NCBI GenBank assembly: GCA_028826165.1
Contig: JAPDFW010000059.1
Coordinates: 558,001 to 622,000, forward strand
Length of the DNA: 64,000 nucleotides
Reading direction: 5' to 3'
Source of the DNA: Anaeramoeba ignava BMAN
Taxonomy: Eukaryota; Protista; Anaeramoebae
Below the pieces are notes generated by a model. That model was not told where the DNA came from. It saw nothing but the letters and a program-made list of their open reading frames with translations, and did no database searches. The position numbers and the translations under genes are program-made. This document shows positions 51,207 through 63,780 of this stretch, piece after piece. Each line of letters opens with the position of its first letter. Position 1 is the first letter of the stretch.

Positions 51207-53314
51207 TCATTTTAATTTCATTTTTAATTTAATTTCATTTTCAATTTCTTTCCAAATTTGATTAAAATAATCAACATCTCCAAACTTTAAACGAACATGA
51301 AAGATATGTTCTAAAACAAGAGAACGATTTTTACAATTAGAATTTTGATCAATTTGAATTGTAAAAATAATATTTTTATTGTTAACACGAATAATAAATT
51401 CATTAGGATGAGAATAATTAAAATGAAGAGAATCTAAATAAGATTGTAATTTTGATAATAATAAAAAATGAGGCATTTGAATTTTATAATGAAGACTTGA
51501 AGATGAACTTTCTGGAGGTGAAAATCTTGTAAAAGTAAGTTGATTTTCTGTTGATTTTGTTATTGGTTTTGGATCCAACTGGATATTTGTTTTTTTTTGT
51601 GTTAAATTTTTTTGTTTTTCTTTTGATTTGCTAAACCAGCTTCCAAACCAACTTTTTTTTGGACTTCTTGAAGATTTTGTGCAATTTTCTTCGAGAGAAT
51701 ATAGTCCAATTCTATGGAATTGAGGTGTTTTTGATGTTTGTTTTTCAATTTGCTTTGATTTGTGATTTTTTTGGTTTTTCTTTGCTTTTGTTGTTTTTGA
51801 TGTTTTAATTTCAATTGGTGATGATTTTTTGAAATTATGAATTTTTGAATCAGAAGGAATTTCTTGCTGAAATCCTAATGTTATATCAATCCATTCTGTA
51901 TCAGGAATTGGATCTGTATTTTCTTTCTTGGTTAAATTGTCTTCTGTATTTGTAAAAATGAGATTTTCATGAAGTACTTGAAAATCATCTTCTGGAATTT
52001 TTGGAGGTGCTGATTGGTTTGGTTTTGGGTTAAGTTTCCACCAATCATTTAAGTCATTGAAATCATTTAAGTCATTTAAATTTTGATTAAATTTTTCATC
52101 TAAATTTGACTTTTCATTTAAATTTAAATTTAGATTTAATTCTAAATCTAATTCTGATTCTACTTTTTCTTTTGATTTATTATTGGATTTTAATTTTTCA
52201 TCCCTAAATCTCATTTTCTTCTTAAAAAGATAATACAACACTTTTTGAAGATTCATTTCTTCATTTGTTAAAGAATATCTAAGGTTTACAGGATTATGAA
52301 ATCCAAGTGATTGTAAATGGGAAAATATTTTATTATCAATATGATCAACATCGATTTTTAACTGAATATTCTTGAGTGATATTGAACTTTCTGGTTGTCG
52401 GTAATTTTTTGGAAGATTTGATGTAAACCATGGATGTTTTTTGATTTCTGGAATTGTTATTCTTTTTTGTGGATCAACAGTTAACATTTTATTAATTAAA
52501 TCTTTTTGTTCAAATGTGAAAAAACTTGGTGTTGTAAATTTTCCTATTGTGATTTTTTCTAATAATCTTTGAATATTTATATCTGTAAATGGTAAATTTC
52601 CTGAGAGAAGAACATAGAGAATGATTCCACAACTCCATACATCTGAAGAGCGTCCTTCATATAACATTCCCTTGATTAAATTTAAATATAAATTTTGAAT
52701 TATAAATTTTAAATATAAATTTTAAATATAAATTTTGAATATAAATATAAATATAAATTTTAAATATAAATTTAAATTATAGAAACTTTGGCAATTTCAG
52801 GTGAAATATAATGAGGAGATCCACAAGAAGTTTTAAGCAAATTATTTTCACAAGTCATTCTTGCTAAACCAAAATCAGCAATTTTAACATTATAATTATC
52901 ACTTAATAATAAATTCTCAGGTTTTAAGTCTCTATGACAAACAAAATGATTATGACAATAATCAAGTCCCCAAATAATTTGTTGAAAAAAACTTAACGCT
53001 TCTTCATTTGTTAAACTTGAACGTTTTGATAAATAACCAAATAAATCTCCATAATTTAAATGCTCCATAATTAAATATAAATTTTTTGATGTTTCAAACA
53101 CATCGTATAATTTTAATACATGTGGATGATCTAATAATCTTAAAATTGCTATTTCTCTTGCTATTTTTTTAGCATAACTTCCATTTGTTTTCATCTTTTT
53201 TTTGGATAGTATTTTAATTGCTACTTCTTCTCCTGTTTGTTTATGTGTTCCAAGTTTTACTTTTCCTGAACTTCCTTCTCCAAGTGTTTTTCCAATTATA
53301 TAATTCCCAATCAT
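51207..53314 (-). CDS. BRSK/SAD/GIN4-like CAMK-group Ser/Thr kinase
   Basis: IGNYIIGKTLGEGSSGKVKL, HRDLKPENLLL, DFGLA, LKTSCGSPHY, YEGRSSDVWSCG, and the PKKSWFGSWF motif. Intron 52671-52786. Confidence 0.9.
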
Positions 53315-53737
53315 TTAATTTTTTTTAATTTAATTTTTAATTGATCGAATTTTTAAAAAGAATAAAAGAATAAAAAGAATAAAAAGAATAAAAAAATGAA
53401 AAAATGATTTTTAATTTTTTAATTTAATTTGTTGTTTTTTTGTTAATTTCTTTTTCTATTTTTATTTCCGCCGATTAAATTTTTTTGAATTAAATTTTCG
53501 AATTAAATTTTTTTGAATTAAATTTTTTTGAATTAAATTTTTTTGAATTTTCCAATTAAATTTTTTTGAATTAAATTTTTTTGAACTATCCAAATAAATT
53601 TTTAATTGAAAATGTTTTTGTTTGTTTTTTGTTTTTGTTTTTGTTTTCAATCAATTTTTTTTTTATATATTTTTTTTTATCAAAAATCAAAAAAAAAAAA
53701 TCATTTTAAAAAAAAAAAAATATTATTTCAAACAAAT

Positions 53738-56074
53738 TCAAAAAAATTGTGATTGAAAAGAATTAAACTTTTGTGAAAATTCATTTTGATAAGAATTAGG
53801 AATTCTTCGTTTATAGATTAGATTCTTAACAAAAGATTCAGCAAAAGGAGAATGATAATGTAAAAGAAAGCTATTATTTTCGTAATTAAAATTTTGACTT
53901 TGATTTCGACTTTGATTGAAATTTGAATTTGTTTGATTGTTATATTGAGAGGTGACAAAGTCATCATTTCTATGTGAACGTGAAGGAAAAGATATAAAAA
54001 TCTTAAGCCATTCTCGACATTGATATAATTCTCTTTTGGAATAATTTGTAATTTTTTTAACTGCATCGTAAGAAAAATATAACGACAAAGCAGAAGCGGC
54101 AAGTAAACTTGGATAAAAATTCAAAGAAAAAGGATCCAAAATAGCCAAATGTATCAATTGCATAAGATCATGATACAAATCGACTGGGAATTTGATGATG
54201 TGAAGCAATTTTTTTGTGCAAAGATTTTGGTTTTGACTTTTTGAAGTGCAGAAAAAAGAAAGAACTTGATCCAAATGATGTTTTTTGGGATGGAATTGAG
54301 AATACTGAATGAACAAATCAAAACTTCCTTTTTTGACATAATGTTTAGGAAATTGAATAGATTCCCAAATCCAGCAACTATAAAAAAGATAGAGCGAAAT
54401 CCAAGTGTTTGCAGTAATTGCTAAAAGAGAATAATTGAGTTTTTTTAAAATCTCAATTTCCATTTGGATCACGTCTTCTTTCTGGAATTTCTGCTTGAAA
54501 TTTTTGCAGATTGTCACAATCGAAATCGGATAAACCTCCTCAAGTTTCGATGCAATGACTAAACTTGTTGTTGCAATTAGCAACAGCTGAAATTGCTTAG
54601 ATCCAATTTTTTGGAATGTGGAAAGATAACGGTCGTAAATGTTGACAGCTAAAAGAAATGTTTCCATTTTCAAATCAAATTGACATGAAATTCGGGAAAT
54701 TGTTTCTAGTGTTGTCACACGAGACATTTCATTGAGCTGAAGTCGGTAGAGATAGTTTGGATCGGCTTGAAATTTTGCTTCTGTATCAAACATTGTGAAT
54801 CTTAATTGTTGAAATAATTCACTTTCAGTTGAATTTGCCTCTATAACATCGCTAGGTTGTTCTTGAGCAAGAGTATCATAACAAGAAGATAGAGGTGAGT
54901 ATGTATTCTTCGGTGATGTGACATGTCGGTTGATGTTTAGGTGGTAACTGTCAAATGTGTATTTTGGGAAATGTGTCGGATTTCTATTACATGAAGTCAT
55001 TTGTGATTGAAAATCAGGTGGAGGAAATTTTGACTTTGAAGGAAAAGAAACATGCGACATAAATATAGAATTGACACGTGGTAAATTATCAAAATCCGGA
55101 TCTGAATTCGGATGTGAATGAGAATCTGAATCTGGACTAAGTGAATTATCAAGAATGTAATTGCTTTGAGTTATTTTTCTATTCAATGCCATTTTGTGAT
55201 TCATATTTATTCGATCATTCAACACCAGTTTATTGTTCACTATCATGTTATTATTCAATGCCATGTTATTATTTGATGTCATGTTATTATTCACTGTCAT
55301 TTTATTATTCACGATCATTTTTCCATTTTTTTTCATCTTCATTTCTTGATCTATTTTCATTTTTTCATTTCTGATCCTTCGCTCTTGTTCTTCTAAATCA
55401 AGTGAATTTGATCCATACCAAATTCTCCCATTTGGATATGAATTCGCCATTTGTTTTCCTTCAACCATAAAATTCGCACTGTTATTTTTATCAGAAACAA
55501 ACCCAGGAAACGACAAATAATTTGGTTGCAACATTGTCAACTGATTTTCTTTGCAATTTTGCAAAAAATTAAAATCTGTTGATTTTTGGGTCGAATTATA
55601 TGGTTTATCAACAAAAGGAAAAACAAAAAATTGGTTTAAATTATAAGCATAATTAAGTGAGTCATGAGAATTGTAAACAGAAGAATGAGAAGGATAAGTA
55701 AAGCAATCAGCCTGAATAGGCTCATTAACATTGATTCGTTGATTTTGTGAGCGAATATCTTGATTTCCATTTCTATAATTATAATTATAGTTATAATTAC
55801 AATCATAATCATAATCATATGAATTTCCATATGAATTTCTATATATATAACCTCCTTCTTTATTGTTTTGAATGGTGTTATTGTTTTTAATTTCTAATCT
55901 TTCTTCTTCTTCTTCTTTTCCTCCTTGTTTTATACTGGACTTCTTTGATCCAAATGCCGTTTGTTTATTTCTTATTAACGGCTTGTGATATGGATAATTG
56001 ATCTGCTGAGATAATGGCATTTTGACATTGAAAAGAAAAGTGTTGTCAATGTCACTGCGATTATAACTCAGCAT
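53738..56074 (-). CDS. Cyclin (cyclin E-like) with a long N-terminal extension
   Basis: ETFLLAVNIYDRYL, LLIATTSLVIASKLEEVYP, MEIEILKKLNY, TANTWISLYL, LIHLAILDPFSLNFYPSLLAASAL. Confidence 0.85.
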   Translation of the reverse strand: MLSYNRSDIDNTFLFNVKMPLSQQINYPYHKPLIRNKQTAFGSKKSSIKQGGKEEEEERLEIKNNNTIQNNKEGGYIYRNSYGNSYDYDYDCNYNYNYNYRNGNQDIRSQNQRINVNEPIQADCFTYPSHSSVYNSHDSLNYAYNLNQFFVFPFVDKPYNSTQKSTDFNFLQNCKENQLTMLQPNYLSFPGFVSDKNNSANFMVEGKQMANSYPNGRIWYGSNSLDLEEQERRIRNEKMKIDQEMKMKKNGKMIVNNKMTVNNNMTSNNNMALNNNMIVNNKLVLNDRINMNHKMALNRKITQSNYILDNSLSPDSDSHSHPNSDPDFDNLPRVNSIFMSHVSFPSKSKFPPPDFQSQMTSCNRNPTHFPKYTFDSYHLNINRHVTSPKNTYSPLSSCYDTLAQEQPSDVIEANSTESELFQQLRFTMFDTEAKFQADPNYLYRLQLNEMSRVTTLETISRISCQFDLKMETFLLAVNIYDRYLSTFQKIGSKQFQLLLIATTSLVIASKLEEVYPISIVTICKNFKQKFQKEDVIQMEIEILKKLNYSLLAITANTWISLYLFYSCWIWESIQFPKHYVKKGSFDLFIQYSQFHPKKHHLDQVLSFFCTSKSQNQNLCTKKLLHIIKFPVDLYHDLMQLIHLAILDPFSLNFYPSLLAASALSLYFSYDAVKKITNYSKRELYQCREWLKIFISFPSRSHRNDDFVTSQYNNQTNSNFNQSRNQSQNFNYENNSFLLHYHSPFAESFVKNLIYKRRIPNSYQNEFSQKFNSFQSQFF

Positions 56075-56444
56075 TTTTTTTAAGCTAATTTTTGATTGTG
56101 AATTTTTTTTTTAATAAAAAAAAAAAGAATTAAGGAATAATAAACGGGAAAAAATAAGATCAAATTAAATGTAAAAAGATTCAAGTTGATTTTATTATTA
56201 ATATTGATTAAATAAATTAAAAAAGAAAAAGAAAAATTTCCACTTACGAATTAAATTTTTTAAAGTTTGTTTTTTAAAAAAAAAAGAAAAAAATAAAAAA
56301 AAAAAAAATGAAAAAAAAAAATATTTTTTTTATTAATTAAAAAAATTAAAAAGGAGAAAAATTATAAATAATTAAAAATTTTTACTCATTTTTTTTCTTT
56401 TTTTCTTTTTTCTTTTTTAATTAATTAAATAAAATAAAATAAAA

Positions 56445-58856
56445 ATGAATAGAGCTCTTTTGAATTGGTTTTATTTTTTTTTAATTGGAACAATAAATAA
56501 TTTAGGTTATGTTGTAGTTGGAAGTGCTGCTCAAACAATAGCAGACCATTTTAATAAAAGATCTTTAATTGGGTTAATTCCTTGGTAAATATTAATAATA
56601 AAATTGAATTAAAATTGAATTAAAATTGAATTAAAATTGATTAAATATTTAATTAAATAATCAGAATCTAAAATTGAATTAAAATATGTTTGAGAATTAA
56701 TTAAATATTAATTGAATAATCAGAATCTAATATTAAATTAATATTTAATTAATTTAATAGGGCAAATGTTGGTTAGTTTTGGAAAAAAAAACACATCTAT
56801 AATCTATTTTTATTGTTTAAAAGAAAATCAATTTATAAAATTTTTCAAATGATTAGGTTTTGGTTTTTTTGCAAGAAGTATTAATGCATTTTTACTTGAG
56901 AATGTTGCTTATAAATATCGAGTTTTTGCAAATGGGATTATTGCTATTTTAGGAACTATTGGTGTTGCTTTATCTCCTTCTTTTGCTTTTTCAATTTGTT
57001 CTATTGTTTTAATTGGTTGTTCTAGTTCTTTTGGAGAATCAGTTTTCTTGTAAATATTCAAATACAATTTAACAAATATATACAAATTAACAAATATATA
57101 ATTTAACAAATATATAATTTAACAAATATATAATTTAACAAATATATAATTTAACAAATATATACAATTTAACAAATATACACAATTTAAAGAGGTTTTA
57201 TGAAAAATTATAAAAATAATCTTGATGCTTGGTCAAGTGGGACAAGAGGAATGGTAAATTCAAAAATCAAAATCAAAATCAAAATCAAAATGAAAATCAA
57301 AATCAAAATCAAAATGAAAATCAAAATCAAAAATCAAAATCAAAATCAAAATCAAAATCAAAATTAAAAATTAAAATCAAAATCAAAATCAAAATCAAAA
57401 TCAAAATCAAAATCAAAATCAAAAATCAAAAATCAAAATCAAAATCAAAATCAAAATCAAAATCAAAATCAAAATCAAAATTAAAATTAAAATCAAAATC
57501 AAAATGAAAATCAAAATCAAAATCAAAATCAAAAATCAAAATCAAAATCAAAAATCAAAATCAAAATCAAAATCAAAATCAAAATAAAAATAAAAATCAA
57601 ATCAATATCAAAATCAAAATCAAAATCAAAATCAAATTCAAAATTAAAATCAAAATCAAAATCAAAATCAAAATTAAAATCAAAATTAAAATCAAATTTA
57701 AATTGGAAATTGTGAAAAATTCATTTTTAAGGCTGGAGTTGGTGGTTCATTAATATATTTAGCATTCGTAGCAGCAGATTTAACAACTCGACAAATTTTT
57801 TTATTGTTACTTCCATCAATCGGAATTTATTGGCTTGCATATTTTTTAATTAAACCTATTAAACAAAATCAAAAAGAAAATGAAAATGAAAAAGAAAATC
57901 AAAATGAAAAAGAAAATCAAAATCAAAAAGAAAATCAAAATCAAAAAGAAAATCAAAATCAAAATCAAAATCAAAATCAAAATCAAAATGAAAATCAAAA
58001 TCAAAATCAAAATCAAAATGAAAATGAAAAATTAATTAATTCAAAAATTCAATTCCAATCTGATTTGGAAGAAGACGAATTAAAACAAAAAATATCACCA
58101 ATTAATATTGATTTGAATCTTTCTTCAGATTACCCAAATCCTGAAAAAAATCAAGAAGATGCATTATCTTTGGATTTAAATCAAAAAGAATTATTAAGTG
58201 AATTTGATCAAGAAAATGATCAAAATAAAGAAAAATCAAGAAAAATTGAAGAAAGAGAGCCATTAATACTAAAAAAAATCAAAGAAGATGAAGAAAATAT
58301 TGATCAAGAAAATAATGCAGAACATCAAAAGGAAAAAGGAAGAATTTTAAGATGTTTAAAACTTGTTTTAAGATTCAGTATTCAACTTGCTGCTGTTTAT
58401 TTTTTTGAATATGTAATTTCTGTTGGTTGTAGTGACCGCGCAGAACACAAAGGATTTGATAAATCAGGTCAATGGGTTGTTCGTAATTCATTTGCAATCC
58501 TTTCATTTTGTTATCAATTTGGAGTTCTTCTTTCAAGATCTTCGTTGAGATTATTCAAAATTAAAAAAATCGAAATTTTAACAATTCTTCAAGGAATCAA
58601 CATGGTTCTATGGATTTTACAAGATCGATATAAAGTTGTTAGTATTTGGATCCAATTTGTTGCAATGCTTTATGTTGGTTTACTTGGTGGAGCAACTTAT
58701 GTTAATGTTTTCCACTTGATTTTAACTGATGATAGAATAAAAGAAGAAGATAAAGAACTTTCTGCTAATATTACTGCTATTTTTATTACTCTTGGAATCA
58801 CTCTTGCTTCAATATTTATTTTATTAATGGATGCAACTTTTCTTAAGCATGATTAG
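56445..58856 (+). CDS. CLN3: Battenin/CLN3 (BTN1)
   Basis: Exons 56445-56584, 56761-56771, 56857-57049, 57193-57253 and 57732-58856. FFLIGTINNLGYVVVGSAA, SSSFGESVFL, AWSSGT, VYFFEY, YQFGVLLSRSS, GLLGGATYVN. Confidence 0.92.
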
Positions 58857-58968
58857 TTTGTATCTCACTTTTTCTTTCAAAAAAAACAAACTTTCAAAAA
58901 ATTTTTTTTTCTTCACACTTTTTATTTTTCATTTTTCTCTAAATAAAATAAAATAAAATAAAATAATT

Positions 58969-61236
58969 ATGCAAGAAATTAAACAAATTAATTTCTATCT
59001 TGATTTGGATTTAAATTCTTTTTCTTTCCCTTATCCAATAAAATTGAATTTAGAAAGAACCAAATTTACAAAAGCAAAATTTGGAAAACTAATGGAAAAA
59101 CTGAAAAAAGATCAAAGAACAGAAATTCTTGAATTAGGATATTGCAATTTGAAAGCAGAAGACATAATTTTATTAGCAGAAATGCTGAAGGAAAACACTC
59201 AACTCAAAAAAATCAATTTGAACAACATTCCAATAGGTTCTGAAGGAATAAAACATATTTCAAATGGATTGAAAAACAACAAAACACTTACTTATTTAGG
59301 ATTGTGGCTAACAAAAATGGGAGATGAAGGAACAAGTCATCTTAGTGAATTATTAAGGGAAAATCAAACCATTCAATGTCTCAATATAGGATATAATGAA
59401 ATAACTCATAAAGGAATGGAGATTCTGTTTGATTCCTTATCAAAAAACACCACTTTAACTAAATTGGATCTTCTTTTGAATGAATTTGATGAAAACGGGA
59501 TGAGACATCTTTCAGAATTCATCAAAAATAGCAACACTTTACAGAAACTCAACTTGATAACTTCAGGTTTAAACGATGAATTAATCAAAATTTTTTCTGA
59601 TGGTTTTATATTCAATAAAGCAATTTCCAAATTGCAATTTCTTGATAATGAAATTGGAACAGATGGAATCAAATATCTTTGTAATGCCTTGAAGAACAAC
59701 ACAACATTGAACAATTTAGTCCTTGGAAGAAATAACATCAATGATGAAGGAATCAAGTATATCGCAGAATTGCTGGAATCAAACCAAATTTTATTGGATC
59801 TAAATCTTCATTTGGCTGATTTCACTTCCGTTGGAGCTGAATTTCTTGGCAAATCCTTATCTCAAAATAGCACACTCAAAAAGCTCTCAATATCATACAT
59901 AAAAATCAAGGACAAAGGAATGTCTACTTTTATTCGTTCCTTAAAACTCAATAATTCTCTTGTTGAATTAGATTTGGCAAATACTGGAATGAAAGATGAA
60001 AGTGCAAAAGAAATTGCAGAATATTTAAAATTAAATACTTCTCTTCAAAAACTGGATATATCAATGAACAAATTTGAGAATTCAGGCTATTTGATTGGAG
60101 AAGCTCTTTCTCAAAACTCCACTCTGAAAAGTCTTAATTTAAATTCTTCCCAAATTTCTAATAAAGCTTCTTATTCTATTTTGAATTCTCTCAAAACAAA
60201 CACATCTCTTGAATATCTTAAAATGTCTGGTTGCCAAATTGATAAGGCATCTTTTCAATGCTTGCTGGAAATGTTGAAACAAAATCACTCATTGAAAATT
60301 TTATCTATCGAAAATCCAGATATTTTCCCAGATGATCATTTCAAATTTATCCAAGAATCAATCAATGAAAATTCAAGTTTAATCAAATTCAAATTTTCCA
60401 ACAAAAAGAAAGAAAATGAACAATTATATAAAAAACTATTAATGAACAAAGTAATATTTATAAATCATTTTTTTTTTGATCAATCCAAATCCAAATCCAA
60501 ATCCAAAAAAAACACTTATTCCAAAAATATTTTTTTTCTGAATTTTTCTTTGAAAAAAATGAATTAGGAATATCAAGATTGTTTTATTAAAGATATGGAA
60601 AGATTATTTGTAAATGCAGAAATGACTGACTTAGAACTAAGTACTCTTGATGAGAAAATTTTGGTTCATTCATTCATTTTCAAAATGAGATTAGGAAATA
60701 CAATGTTGAATAAACTAATAGAAGTTGCAAAATCAAAAACGGAACAAATTACGAGGCATTTTTGCAAGTGGATTTACACAGGATTTGTAATAAATCAACA
60801 ATTCCAACAAGATGTTTTTGAATTTGCCCAAGAAATTGGAATGAATGAACAAGAATTTGAGTCAAAATCATTTAAAAAAGGGTTAATTAATGATCTTATT
60901 AAATCATATTCTAATCAAGAAATGAATGATTTTAAAATTTTTGTTGGCGAAAATGAATTTGTTGAAGCCAATAAAGGTATTTTATTTGCAAGAAGTGGAT
61001 TATTCCGTTCTATGTTTTTGAGTGTGAAAGATTCTTCAAATCAAGTCCATGATTACAATAATAAATCAAAACAATCAATTCAAGAATTTATTAAATTTCT
61101 TTATTTTGAAGAAATTGATTCATCAACTCCATTAAATATTTTACAAGAAATGTCTGAAATGGATGATTATTATCAATTAAGTGAACAAACTTCATTTGGT
61201 TTAATTATTTCTCAAATGATTCAATTCAAAAATTAA
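58969..61236 (+). CDS. RI-like leucine-rich-repeat protein with C-terminal BTB/POZ domains
   Basis: 28-aa LRRs (LKNNTTLNNLVLGRNNINDEG). Intron about 60451-60567. BTB segments VHSFIFKMR and ANKGILFARSGLFRSMFLSVKDSSNQVHDY. Confidence 0.88.
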
Positions 61237-61511
61237 AAATAAAAATTAAAATCAAAATCAAAAATAAAATCAAAATGAAAATTAAAATTAAAATCAAAAT
61301 TAAAATTAAAATGAAAATTAAAATTAAAATGAAAATTAAAATTAAAATCAAAATGAAAATTAAAATCAAAATTAAAATTAAAATAAAATTAAAATCAAAA
61401 TTAAAATTCAAAATTAAAATTAAAATTAAAATTAAAATTAAAATCAAAATTAAAATTAAAATTAAAAATTAAAATTAAAAATTAAAAATCATTTTTCATT
61501 TTTTTTCAAAA

Positions 61512-63329
61512 ATGAATGAATTTTTATTTTTCGAAATTTTATTTTTGGAAGAAATGAATATCCAAAAATTTAAATCAAAAATGAAAATGAAAATGAAATG
61601 AAATGAAATAACAAAACCAATTCAATTTAAATTTGAAAATGAAAATGAAAATGAAAATGAAAATGAAAAACAAATTAAACAAATTTCATCAGGAAATAAT
61701 TCAACAATTTTCCTTTTTAAAAATGGAAAAGCAATAGAATATTTAAATGAAGAAGATTCAAATCAAAATCCTGAAAAAATACAAATTGAAGAAAATATTC
61801 AAAAAGTAACTGTTGGTGGTCTAAATGAAGCTATTTTAACAAAAGAAGGAAATGTATTTGCCAAAGGAAATGATATTAATACAAATAATCCAAAAGAATT
61901 TATCAATATTTCATCATTAATTGAAGATACAAATGATAGAATAATTCAAGATATTGTTTCTGGATATAGTTCAATTTATTTATTAACTTCAAATCAAAAT
62001 GTTTATGGAATTGGTTCAAATCAATATGGTCAACTTGGTTTTGATTCTGAAACACTTGAAGGAACAGAAAAACTAATTTTAATGATGAAAAATGTTTCTA
62101 AAATATTTTCAGGAATTGATTCAGCTCATATTTTTCTTTTAAATTCAAATCAAGAATTATTTGGATGTGGTGATAATAGTTCTAGTCAAATTGGATTAGG
62201 AAAATCAAGAAAAGAAGAAGAAAGTATCCAAAAATTAACCAAAATCCAAAATATTCCAAAAGGTAAAATAATTTATATTCAATGTGGAAGTATTCATTCA
62301 ATAATGTTAATTGAAAATGAAGATGAAAATCAAAATCCAAAAAGAAAACTTTATTCATGTGGAGATTATCTATATAATGGACTTGGCGAAGATGAAAATG
62401 CTTATGAATTTACTGAAATCAAATCATCTTTATTTGAAAATGATGATAATATTATTGATTTTTCTGTTGGATATACTCATACTTTGATTTTAACATCAAA
62501 AGGGAAACTAATAGTATTTGGAGATAATTTTTATGGTCAATTAGGAACTGGAGATACAAAAAATCAATTAATTCCAATTCAAATTGAACTTCCTAAATTA
62601 AGATTTAATGAAAATATTTCTAATTATTATCTTTCTTGTGGTTTTGATAATTCATTTATTTATTATTCTCTTCCTTCTTTTTCCAATCTTGAAGAAGATT
62701 TGATAAAATTATTTGAAAGAAAAGAATTTTGTAATATTTCATTTAAAACCGAAAATGGAGAAATAATCAAAGCTCATAAATTAATATTGAAATATAGATT
62801 AAATCAAAATCAAAATGAAATTGAAAAACTTCAAAAAATTATTTCAAATAAATCAATTAAAGAATCAAATCAAATATTTGAAATGATTTATTCAAACAAT
62901 TCCAAAATAAATCCAAAATTATATTCAGAAATTAAAGAAATTATAAATTCCAATGAAAAAATAGAAGAAACAATGAAAAGAATTTATTTAAATGAAAATG
63001 AAAATGAAAAAGATTTTATTATTGAAAAAAAAGAAAAACAATATAAATTTCCTAAATTAATATTAATAATGAGAAGTGAATTATATCGAGGAATGTTTTT
63101 ATCTGTTACAGATGATACTTCTAATAAAGTTACAGATTATAGTGAATTAAGTAATAAATCATTTCAATTATTTGAATATTGGATTTATTCAAATCAAATT
63201 AAAGATGAAATTGAAATTACACAAGAAATAATTGAAGAATTAGAAATTGGAATTGATTATTTTCAATTAAATCAAACAAATCCAAATTTATTAGATTTAT
63301 TAATTAACAAATTTAATAATCAAAATTAA
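61512..63329 (+). CDS. RCC1-repeat + BTB/POZ protein
   Basis: RCC1 repeats GSNQYGQLG, CGDNSSSQIGLG and FGDNFYGQLGTGD. BTB segments AHKLILKYR and LIMRSELYRGMFLSVTDDTSNKVTDYS. Frameshifts in the first ~100 nt. Confidence 0.85.
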
Positions 63330-63780
63330 AATTAAAATTAAAATTAAAATTAAAATCAAAATTAAAATTAAAATTAAAATCAAAATTAAAATTAAAATTA
63401 AAATTAAAATTAAAATTAAAATTAAAATTAAAATTAAAATTAAAATTAAAATTAAAATTAAAATTAAAATTAAAATTAAAATCAAAATTAAAATCAAAAT
63501 CAAAATCAAAAATTAAAAATTAAAATCAAAATAAAAATTTAAATTAAAATTAAAATTAAAATTAAAATTTAAATTCCAATTAAAATCAAAATTAAAATCA
63601 AAATTAAAATTTAAAATTAAAATCAAAATCAAAATTAAAATTAAAATCAAAATTTAAATTCAAATCAAAATTAAAATTAAAATTAAAATTAAAATTAAAA
63701 TTAAAATTAAAATTAAAATTAAAATTAAAATTAAAATTAAAAAATCATTTTTTCATTTTTTCATTTTTTTCTTTTCAAAA

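Noticed and set aside
1430-61620. Programmed frameshifting or pseudogenes (about 1470-1650, 3725, 4910, 7790, 11155, 11790, 17150, 22570, 61540)
   Set aside because: Shifts fall mostly in homopolymers or repeats of otherwise intact conserved genes, which is best explained by long-read indel errors. Short-read polishing would decide.
332-63509. Many ORFs of ILILIL, KLKLKL, FEFEF, YKLKY or FCFCL type
   Set aside because: These are translations of intronic or intergenic microsatellites, or antisense frames of NQ tracts. They have no real start codons or domains.
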